From NCBI GenBank assembly GCA_018242585.1, contig JAFEBQ010000004.1, positions 35,558-99,557 of the forward strand: a stretch of DNA of 64,000 nt. Direction: 5' to 3'. A program made the translations under genes and the position numbers. Positions 52,401 to 53,080 of this stretch are shown one piece after another (positions within the stretch are counted from its first letter, which is position 1; every line of letters begins with the position of its first letter). Under the pieces are notes generated by a model. The model saw nothing but the letters and a program-made list of their open reading frames with translations, had not been told where the DNA came from and made no database searches. This DNA comes from Planctomycetota bacterium (GTDB taxonomy: Bacteria; Planctomycetota; Planctomycetia; Pirellulales; PNKZ01).

Positions 52401-52839
52401 GCTCACCGGTGGCTCGAATGCCTTGACGGTGGGGGGCGCCTCGACCTTCGCCCTGAACTTCCTGAACAGCTCAGCTCCGCAGACCAGCGGCTTGCAAACC
52501 GCCGCCTTCTGGCAACAGTCGGAATCCTGGCACGTCGTGACCACGTCGAACTCCTCGGGGGTCTCGGGCTCGTTCTTCTCATCGATCACGGGCTACGGCA
52601 CCAACGGCTCGATCGCTGGCGTAGGCGGCTTCGCCTTCTCGACGACTGGCAACGACCTGGTCCTCACCTGGACGCCGGTGCCCGAACCGGGCAGCTTGAG
52701 TTTGGCGGCCCTGGCTGGCTTGGGTCTGGGCGCTTACGGCTGGCGTCGTCGCCGCCGCGCGGCCGACGAAGCCGCCAAGCCGGCGGTTGACGATGCGGCC
52801 ACGGCCGGCGAAGTGGTTGATCCGACGATGGACGCTTAG
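22411..52839 (+). CDS. giant (10,142 aa) secreted PATR-type beta-strand-repeat protein with C-terminal PEP-CTERM anchor
   Basis: Single uninterrupted ORF of 30,429 nt. N-terminal signal MYVKASRRWAAAWLLLLSFCSGFAPRLQA/A. More than 9,700 aa of G/T/N/S/A/L/V-rich repeats follow, with recurring K.G.GTL.L.G.N.Y.G.T.I..GTL units (autotransporter-associated beta strand repeat, PF12951/TIGR02601-like). The C-terminus is VPEPGSLSLAALAGLGLGAYGWRRRRR. Confidence 0.9.
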   Translation: MYVKASRRWAAAWLLLLSFCSGFAPRLQAAPPASDSVPNLGQPRGEARSPLVWGWDRQSLRPMAPQPAAPLAIAERADYRYGIEVGALGIAREATPPPARRAADEAGVLTESLLPLRSGTLRFQNGLSPIFTRARTLTIPLPAQSRPVLYVPNAEELQQLQQQVAKQQVKVDALRQKAAQRRQAELTARRGGGNGWFSVGFFMLAALGVVVMWCWLARSARVGGPAPVGAIETDQLDDVWDEEAFFEESAAAGQFAALALELKRAFLTGQARIDAWLERGGLLRWWDALIAACGSMARDAVDLATGTRSTRRQIARRVGHHALVYWCVIMSVLIGLPQSSRAGTFYWDPNQNVNNSNPYSLATQIGLGGAGTWDNLTTMWWDGSSVTDTTWNNAGNDVAVFGGLVGGAVNLQAAGITVGGVTFNTTGYTVGSANTLTLGGTTATLTANASATISSILAGSANMVKNGGGTLTITGASTGFTGGTTITAGTLLLKQVSLGPTGTPTTITLNNGGVLNTFDAAAFTYTNLINVQGAATITNGGNVPTTISGGLNVANSLFTIAGFSTYTFSGATTLAGPITTLNVGNTVFLSGNVTGAVLNKTGGGPLVLNGGAGVNDSWSFTPTFPSGGSNPMAVTNILQGRLLFQGANSQLQAGTVLVNAGGELEVSTGANLNAGTNIVLASSLNGMGALGLNSAVDMSATPIANFQNAIVGVYGGAFQINSSTYTFPIDLSNFLWSTGASSSPIYLGSAAGGTLTGTLSPDPTGAYRLGGNLLNNTLTVSGNNTFTNATAPLIIGSPIGNVSGYNTSTGATVISGNNAGYSGTVTVNGRSQLNLAGTTNQNPIGTGVIDLLGLSTLNINGKYVGTSPMLGNTTVNAYAGSTIQLNNTAFTTANTNVRFDPSTVLNMYGSTLNFTVSYTGALTTSAQQFATLNMSGAVSLQASTTTTSGTGTLTFSALNRNDNATLAFLASTTSYAIIGRATSTGSVQIFAPNLNGTSAAPPVTNGMVAPWMFDQTNLTFMNYGATGFIDAPWTSTLSTGTIGANPTGLVVVTANINTAAGASAWAFRTANNIGGTTLTIGSGGLIQTGGTISAPIVFGSVGTPVEAVLINTGNATISGAITANGLTRTGSTGTTLTISGANTNLTGTITVNAGTLSGSQTGLNYRPILLNGGTIDFNNGTVFYQNNITVNGDAQMSDSNGGQPRLGTLQVNARPNDPTDPIVLSMVNQNFDIGTTTLGGNTIFNVTSGTTRIDGPLVGEGVSFTKYGGSFLFIDSTTSSFTGSVTVNQGLLLLATGNNAGDTPLGTAGSTGNPIVVNPGGNLGITNTTVSGVTNVTLTSDTGGLAGIGLAYSGNAGLPLASSLSLTINSANYSAPFGGVVSINATGFSAPIDFGNIFGQSNWFLGSNFGGSFTGTLTPDTNGVYRLGGGGSTLTLVGGNNQINNSTFTGGVTVQFGAISNYYQASSVALFNGSGNVQIAVANNYSGSSIINAGETVFAANNNALGTSTIFFNGGGLAADSSSGLPTLSALRTITNTIGFYGDAVFTNTPSLVIAGQVNLGDGITGANRTLTINNAATSSTSDGMVIITGTISDGINGAANNSLTKGGAGVLALTNTNNSWTGATNINLGEILVTNDSQISSQSLITMNGGGLAAWTTSFTTDRPYVLYGLGLFDVGAGVTLTQALDVAGNSNLSGAGALNKLGLGTLLLNGVNSYTGITTISNGILAVSADVNLGDVPTKQSVTIQGGVLQVLNTTANLGSFTTSRNIAVTTSGGIDIAAGATATVAGVVSGTGLLTKLGGGTLFVAGNNTNTAVAIQNGVLQASGSLPFAATATLSFNGGTLSLKNLAANQTVTTSGASTYGGGGHLEIIAGATTTSTFTMSGALTRSGFGTLILNPGSTNTLGVTTAGGVRWLQTGNINGVAAASANVSGVGILPASIIVETNGIGNFAVSSGGTVGVRSYSGAVVTDLVSTPLQPTAIASISATQNLTGTSSIYALATSADITGGTLLVESLSNTNQGGILVNGNVTIGANLIADATYATGTTTSGEVLLYVAPGFTASVTGNVVANSFTKFGTGTLNLSSADFSVLGAVTVQEGTLRIGAGAGNLFSPGQTQLFLNNQGTLDLNGQSLMVAGLGNTAAVTGGIAGGIVGNSSNTNATLRVNSPNGAVTTFGGVIQDNLGSGTGKVTLNKNGQGTLVLSNFSTSNDQASQNSFTGGVNLTAGTLTIQDPQALGGANGTTPGAVNLYGGTLNLNSNGGGFNSAIILGNPTTTGLTLNLLGSAAINVDRTTASTSYTGNYFQIGTLNLGENTLSVTGADSYGLQVQDAVNILGNYAVIAPGTGYPSGTLSLAGVISGGALDIKALGNYTFTTVIAGNSNTYTGGTNILTGALQIVPTSGTPLGSGRVEVFPGAVLRLSSTFGNDGTIGGAALQVLSTKSTMGVVALDTSIDPSTLLTSSNFNSAYSVLLGISTPYFSQPLDMSTIGNGRAFLGGALNQEVDYTAATLGAGAAEPIITTLTGVSTPVYRLGGGVNSLALVGPDNLLTDKGGVPTFVQFGNPNSNVASVTLGGGTIYIRESNNYTGGTQIAKSTTVEIDVGSGPAGQTPLGTGTVEVYGTLQAGLPGGYNGVASFFNAATGTNSVNIQMRPGGSLLIFDAPGNVPGGQGRWGDNVPLDLNGGTFRFLGASSYDSSETIGVITVNKGSTLFVNRGAAGNAALTIGGTNATTAGLVRGTGGTLQIQVSTSSFHALGQADGVGTLSGQSDRLIVNGGISGIGGLSGVTNTGSGVIAGGVGMAAPWIVDLTNLTYVTYDPSGLGTGFQDVLPNNASPAAGQVGYSQIVNGAVFGAGASPGQDTIDVEVAATTLSSNIDAWAMRIGAQTTINPNGAFNQITLESGGLLVAAASTLGAATTSTGMLGLPAPMTLYFGNSSTSTPTEAIIYNSTTVTINAQIVANGLTKFGAGQLDIFSSNPSLSGTITINQGNLMVLNSISGIGTTVAGALNGQNVVLNGGGLVIDAFVGNASTATQASNIRATSYLGSNVTVNGDAAITNNGQSTLQRINALTLADLGPHSPINLTIQGIAVMGPVTLGANNNNIIASFAGMANEIFYGQVSGGMLSKWGNGTLTLVNPTNNYSGGTIVNGDAQGTATSVLASMTKTGTPFGTGPISVNPGGMLRIMDPSNIANQTVTLNSDGIGLAGLALAYNGPAPTITTSGTAQNGQVLVQSSGDFGGVLALDINFYTQAINQATLGNGKMFLGTSTSNTYFNATLTPGAPDSGTTPVYRLASGGNQGTLSLGGGFFENVLTAASSPTGTVSVQIGAATGADPTSTLATYVNGNGSLALNNRNNLTAGSIVQINGGAVPVISQNNTNGANLNLGNNLALGQATLVFNGGNLTDSTSIVLPAVNNLVLLADTMTASNGSEIDILGNVNMSPSGVGATRTWNMTSSTLAIDGVVSGVAGSDLIKTGNGLLLLGGQNTYLGTTTINAGTVLVSTNVLANQNGALGNSDTPVILGNAGTNTAGSMGLAGQVTFGRDIQTTPNGTASNNLYGQALAYANITGGINLTGTMSVLQFSSTTNTGGILDLQGAISGTGALSLGAQVSTQSGTVRISGSTNGLSGNNFTGGVTLAGGRLQIGADTYYTGSTNSGTILSGPLGTGTLTLSGTGVVLEAYGAARLIMNPLGALSSTSATTVAFGGHNSLTFANSTAFNINSSASSLARTFNVQTTQGVVTIMAPLTQTGTTSLTKTGAGTLVLSGANAFSGGITISQGTLEVFADNNLGAVTSTSNNMTLGSANNYAQLMLGGGSSLVWNSGLGNSNRVLTLAGPSSLNLLAGSSLNINTKVTAAAANPLSVIGPGTLSLNNTTNAIVNLIVGGDPSGGGIVQTTATLGTPFTTGAGNNVTLYSGELFVNNSAGAAAQSITIGALNYAGGGYVAMAMGSVATTTSTLIATALTRQAQGTIIISPSALANLGLTEKFATGTAQSVTNGMLTLPSIVVQDVTASPVTAGGIVYGDLNFAAYNASSGSFVVNTTSTTSSLDASNATSLAALIASTTVGTAAGQTIDIYAVQTSANISPFDPTNVLRINNGGLILNGTTSAPLVSANLFFGTSSSATEALVYVRGGQTGFSTISGNITATNFTKAGAGSLVLSGTSNLLTSSTTTSVATVAIDQGVLQFAGQSAVFSSTFSSGASASGLVNIAPVDQGTLDLNGQNLTFAGLGFANSSTSTGIVTNSAGTTASLTLNGYNQTTTFNGALSGNLNLNKTGSGTLVLGNNSSYSGTTTIYAGQIFSASSSYSANGAVQIQGVTSLGTGPIVLAGGALTISAVLGATAIAGNEVEDNISVLQIGPNNGYDVTVAALNNYGAPNTTSNISATGAAAWQVINSLNVLAPVVSFGGSGSNILVRGGATFSGTVAGMNVVMTDGAGGTVTSNSAVINVVNQVVLGGPVSAPGSVITKIGGSTLFLTNTGDQGNAANNVGAWQVEVGTIETRVTGGGVSPLGPNATLILNGASWNLRDDGDNTNNSQLLTEFQNNTIQIGSLGSITSMNYQSSANATIDSRTLSLGNNKTVLINNLVFGGPLGTAFLSPTGANNYSYQINNLSLQGRDAALSMGLSMTVNNLSGNGTLFRQGGATLYINGNNSTTGNTGGTVMAGGTLAFGSLMGTNLIQLNNSATLGPGNITIQPGAIVRFNSPTNLANAGQLVDVRSNLSNLGILGIGDNSPIASYNLRTPMAAGAYNSSMVLSLGTGGGILAINTQNYSQAIDLSRIGDGSWYLGSTSNGVGLNGSYDATSLGVGAAYNFGTSSSPINQAAYRLGGGGASLLINNSVLVGNAGVVVGLPRTNAANAVGNGTGTVILGSAQSYTGPTEVYSGSTLEFRGQLSTSQIETFGLVTAGGAGGTFVNSTGTGNIAVLARPGSEIRLDNQFDLLPNSATNGRWFDTAPVNLDSTILRLIGNFTTDIRETVGQVTVTGGSLIIANRSFNGRATELDIAGVTRSTNVAVTGSSGVYTIAGNNAMLSIEGAANTLGADERVIITTPANVPTVTNGMVAPWMVDRNNSQFLTYSTTDLGFIDAGFTLSMSGGLAGGITGGTDRAYFTASTTFSGGSTIDVYAARVDASLSLSSSFNGEQLILESGGLLVGGAAAPTILPQLVFGTPTASTEAMISIGNSGSANLTLGDITNPNSGAGQLLATSISKFGDGVLTLVANQPNFTGNIAVDRGTVSLQSVAGGASTAGGSNVAPSFTAGAVVLNGFNTTLSLGLGGANGTASTFSNSIVLGPNNPLATLAVLSAVGQTTTTSTAFLTGGLLFGGAPGEQGQTLQVTNPSGTTNSIQINGLVDLGTGGNVTVATTTTATLTLAGQVVGSSTLIKNGAGFGSTGVLALLNTANLNTYTGGTVLVSGTMFVYGSNSANTATYSALATGGLGSGAVTLDGGTLSLRIAADATTTFKTITFANDLVVNGNSTIVVDRGGTGIDTTSTTKNLAFNSLSIGSQNLTLLGANAFSLGVMGTTTLSGSPILTLASSDLVLNGSVTDNGSNQALIKNGPNNLWLNNGTATFTGTYSSGTTMNVSSTLGLYVGQTISGGTLPAGEVITAIGTNTITLAIAPSGAFSGQSMSATNGASYTASGGIDVNMGFLRFGNSSASGGNPNPFATAGTGTLTINPGAGIIIEGLGNLNSGQVVDVRSIASSLAQFVIHGNFDPTSYISNTSSGVLALYSTTFTTATGTTALNMSAIGDGTFYLGASQGGSVYSLSGLLPGRNTDGQSDIYRLGGGGTTLTLSGGIAGPLLADQSVGIPPVQVVIGSLATNGTGTVVLNQTNAYTGGTIISRGSGAIIVSGGANGMPFGGAVAPSFTATYDGNFSSLVAVSSGVGLTQNQVLNGAGLDPNTSIVTFSGLSLATTTATGSINAFNITVGSTAGLYPGMLLTSGAGVPADTTIVAISGTTVTLSNQLTAALSSASISVSPTIVLSTMPSGGAFTGALTAGGYTATSDGSITLTVSSTLGLAVGQTIVGPGIPTGDTITAIGAGTVTLAVAPSAPFTSQSVSTGGTGNVDLFGTLTLQGTGFTGGSLENSTGTANSNNLILHPGAQLSFNNGTSGNIVSTSSVSDRFNANASLALYGTTVSISSPSNASSSMYIGGVSFLGGSRMAAISSGTGSATLTISGTNTFTRVGNGTMVFLDTAAGRLGNTTGNNREQIIVNGGVTNISGTVVNGMLPAYYIAGNDNTFVTYGAGGFTRAAYSNTVPAGTFTLGANEFAGTAVANVTGSVTLSDNPVLYAMAMGAVTINSGAGQLNTIQLNGTTASPQSGGGLLSYGSGTINANLNFNNQEALIYNAAGATLTMNGVIQGASTITKFGTGTLLVNADQSSAALGPGNGYANGWVVNEGTLQANQYGALGDAVPTNTVQLIGSASGAATLSLQLNVNGFQNATYSSGTIIAVDNAAINWQSNGNDRVSTVADITIQSTGGALEPAQFQLQMNNRLRSILQAGVLTIQAIDTNGAVIPNGTASAIVTVSYSTTLPGSTTTTLTAGVGATGMSVASLAGGANTTLMKWGSGELFIRGDSSSAFSGSVLIQEGAIQVNSNGALGTGAVTVSRYGTLDINVANWTPTNSSITYSTGSLVRLSADGALAGASSWSLGGATLQVNNDQGVASPNLYASPVTIRLNGGSIEGFIPYESNIIQSNLSQGMVYRTLGSNLTIALDGNSFIGQNNSQGVNGLDNGAQANATSPFTQAGAGAILVVNGAITDGSFGGASLTKQGFDTVILAGLNTYSGGTFINNGMLRIGQTNALSTLGNLYTTSTGVFDLNGFDQTVAMLSSQTTPTTGVNPNGANGFVFNSATTINTLTIGLSPSTSATYAGLIQGNIALNITAGETVLANANTYVGGTTISGGILTVTNTSGSGAGTGPVTITSGALQGTGIITGPVTLGAAGSINPGTSAFTGAGHLTVSSLISNGGTLNFRLNDTSASSDQLIIAGGVAALTFSALTTIGLSNPNGLAGGKTYALINYGGGALDPAQFNMLQLQSSTLLINTTNYNATLVNDTANHSIDVLLSAPTNLTWYGVGTLSSSTQLGTPGVWDINTSNNFYQGTLSGGSVVYQDPNVNDVTFDDHAVSISGLTTVTLIGNVTPLTVTFNNNANNYVLTGTGSIIGITSGGPLTKQGLGSATIGTANTFNSGASIEKGTLLVAASTSLDGGSTVIQSGPLGTGTITLASGAAIGADNSSTQTLANNIVARGAITITGSGNLVFDQQGLTGVNQNYFYLGDNTTLTVNSTATISDIITDQAYGTAGSGGANQGFALTIAGSSTLNLGATPSYTGGTVVNGGTLNVLASGSLPSASNLTVGASGTVVLNNIGQSLATVASDGALTFAATSGVNTMASLSGAGTTNLAANTIITSLNSSGIIAVNSGTTTTVTVSNGIFSGALNGNTNLYKGGAASDLLTISGTGNYSGITTIAAGTLNVTSLADGGQVSSVGASGNQSNNLVINNNAALQYTGTSNSSTDRLFTIAGANATLDASGAGAVVFSNAGSLNFSNNGATVLNLTGNSAQLNVLTPIITNPTSGLTSVMKSGLGTWELAGLNTYGGVTTISSGILAVTTMSAGGLASSVGASSNAAASLVIGGATSAGTLQYLGNGDSTDRLFTIGASSGTIDASGAGLLNFTSGGAIVFQGAANSTHTITLTGTGSGALSPVIGNFGSGATAVTKNGAGQWALAALNTYTGVTSINGGTLSVSVLANGGANSNIGASSNAAGNLVIGSGGALQFIGSSGGSTDRLLTVNPGNAVLDASGSVALQFTNSGAVALSGTNTARTITFTGTSVGSLINTFAPTIGNNGTGATSVTKDGTNLWALTGSNSYTGVTRILNGTLSMSVVANGGTSSPLGAASNASTNLVIDGGALQYTGGAAFTDRLFTIGTGGATLDASGSGLLNLNNGSALTLLGANTQRTLTLTGAGSGLLAAIIPDNGTGTTPQLSIYKDGIGSWALTSNGSTYTGTVTINAGTLSVSTLANGGVASSLGKSSNAASNLLIGNNAALQYTGGNITTDRLFTIAGATAIVDASGSGTLTFSNAGAVAFGTVDQAATLQITGTGNAVFSTGLNDNGAGSVSLLKAGTGTWTLLGNNGYSGTTTISGGTLQIGNGGVTGTLSGTSGVTGTGGTLTFNRSGSIEFDAPIGGAVNVVQANAGTLILTGANGYTGTTTITSGTLQIGNGGASGSIANTSAVTDNGTLVFNTSGDTSLAAAISGTGAVIQNGSGTVTLSGANTYSGITTINGGTLSVASLAVGGLASGIGRSGSQSGNLVINGGALQYTGNGGITDRLFTVGTAGATLDASGPGLLQIANPGAIAYAGTGTNVTLTLTGSGTAALAAAINDIAGAQTAVNVAGGSWTLSSNTSAYSGGTTIGGNVYVTNTSGSALGSGAVTINAGGNLSGTGIVSGAVTLNAGGTIAAGILGTPGTLTLGSLATGSTGVVNINFALHDYQGVQGANSLLAITSATLPVFSTTTSVNITGLSGFGLGTYQLFSYAASGLLSAGSMANLQIGNVTGAGSFSYAFQNVANQIDLVVSAAVLNLTWTGADTPAQWDLTTTNNWLNGASPATYIDGANVTFADSPTTTSVTVATTVTPGSITFTNTTTAYTITGTGTIAGATTALQANGSGMITINNLNTYGGGTTVNGGTMVVGSSTQVTSGTLASGPLGLGTITLSDGVSLGGDGQTLANALAIAGGVTFTGSGNLTFDPQSLSAANTVTLLGNATLTVSNLTTTINDVITDLGNSRSLTKAGSGTLEIGAIAQYTGATIVNAGTLSVLSTGGLASGNNLTVAASAAAQFANANQTLGTANISGALTFSAAGASTIGSLTGSGTVTVTNASAISLAVNGGSFGGAINGSGALVFTGDTTLSGASGYTGGTTVSGGVLNVLSTGSLASTGNLTLTGTAAAIFANVGQQLAIVNNGSSTAGALSFSATSGTITLTQLTGSGNTLFASNANVTTFDTGSATVAGNGTFTTVNSGTLTVSGVATIGTIAGGTVRLGGATAAITTQSGGLVTILGSGTLTTFSGGTLTFAGASTTNAISNLTASGTVVASTSSTILNVSGGSFAGTITGSGSVAVLGSFRLGGSTQSYTGTTTVSGTGTLNLTLSSAMSGTTVNVNNGGVLNVLNGTSLASGTNLTADGTVSFSADQTLASLTGSTGIVSISGTTLTIGGGSYAGQINGVSGNLAVTGTTTLSGALGYDGATTVSGTLDLNLASVMSSTSVTVSNSGVLNVLTANSLASTTALTNNGTVSFSASQALASLDGGSSATLSLGGNTLTISGAGGSFGGAINGTGVVAMNSASGVQTLSGTSNYTGGTNLVAGTLVIVGANALGTGTLSFNGGVLRSYNDVALTNPINISTSNGGFDVVNSGENVTLSGTIYGSAQLTKLGDGTLWLTGASNSTATTSVQSGTVSGNASNAGTSVEVTSGATFSFNQTAPGAYTGTITGTGNIQVTGGSTLTLSGVGSSYSGTTAVSGATLYVGNAGNLGTGGLVITDGTLSGNLTGAIIYPSPVTLSGSSNLVVPNTGVTISLTGTVTGSGSFNYTGTGSTLVLANNNIGALTASLAVTAGTLQVTNAGGLGTGTVTVSANGQLAFSNLGTISTSNNITVFSTTLNSAPALSFSGNNTFNGNLTVGGSAGSVAVVGLDSGSFTTLSGTLTKTDTIFEFKNTGSSVANLFISGTLVSVNPGGAYDSDVIFNGNNQGLNVTLSSAQSYSGPTYVTNGSTLALAASNVLPTPTNGGAYTDMTLTTSASVTTFDLAGNSDTVRSLSSLNSGTSTSGSNIVTDSVATASTLTIAMTNTTLANGATGLATFNGVVSGSNLSMVMAGASGTAQVMTGVNTYGGSTTISGGAYVVNGSIGTGNVTVMSGSNGAILSGNGTVNGAVVVQHGATSAQDGVISPGLNGVNGATAAQQTGVLTVANNLTINGTYLWDVNPNTSSTNIGTAGTNYDQIQLTGGSNALTVGGASTFALNFLNSSAPQTSGLQTAAFWQQSESWHVVTTSNSSGVSGSFFSSITGYGTNGSIAGVGGFAFSTTGNDLVLTWTPVPEPGSLSLAALAGLGLGAYGWRRRRRAADEAAKPAVDDAATAGEVVDPTMDA
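39115..40575 (+). repeat. intragenic island of four ~55-60-aa non-PATR repeats (S.[LA]GL.VGQ.I.G.G.P.G..ITAI....[IV]TL)
   Basis: Copies start at ~39115, ~39995, ~40147 and ~40396. Example: VSSTLGLYVGQTISGGTLPAGEVITAIGTNTITLAIAPSGAFSGQSMS versus VSSTLGLAVGQTIVGPGIPTGDTITAIGAGTVTLAVAPSAPFTSQSVS. Confidence 0.7.
44785..47650 (+). repeat. intragenic tandem array of ~400-410-nt (~135-aa) units
   Basis: Unit starts (N.Y.G[VI]T.I..GTL.V..LA.GG...S..G.SSNAA.NLVI...ALQY.G....TDRLFT......LDASG.G.L.F) are at ~44785, 45186, 45595, 46006 and 46411, with a variant GTLQIGNGG unit at 46804, then 47227. Copies are diverged at the nucleotide level. Confidence 0.8.
52675..52758 (+). other. PEP-CTERM sorting motif (PVPEP + TM helix + RRRRR)
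   Basis: ccg gtg ccc gaa ccg at 52675-52689, hydrophobic GSLSLAALAGLGLGAYGW, RRRRR at 52744-52758, followed by a 26-aa acidic tail. Confidence 0.8.
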
Positions 52840-53080
52840 AGCAGTTCTCGAATCTCGGTAGCGAGCGTGTCTACCAAGCCGGTGGCTTTGCCACCGATCT
52901 CGGCGGCAAAGCCGCGTATAGCGAATCGGCACGCGATGCCCTGAGCTAGGCGACCAGAGTTCACATCTGCCAGGTCGCCATCAAGGCGTGAAAGATTTGA
53001 CTCGGTCCGCGCACTAGCTGATATTGGGCCGGCTCTCGCCTCGTACGCCCATCTAGCCCCAACCTTGCCAAGGCCCCGCC

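Noticed and set aside
23262-52932. Dozens of long antisense or off-frame ORFs inside the giant gene (for example 25522..27327, 27688..29850, 30904..33237, 36001..38517, 41782..43581, 46222..48657 and 50233..52206 on the minus strand, up to 838 aa).
   Set aside because: Their products are Arg/Ala/Gly/Asp/Val-rich low-complexity strings with no motifs. They are fully nested in a sense ORF that has coherent repeat architecture, a signal peptide and a sorting signal. Stop-poor alternative frames are the expected artefact in GC-rich, GGC/ACC/AAC-biased sequence.
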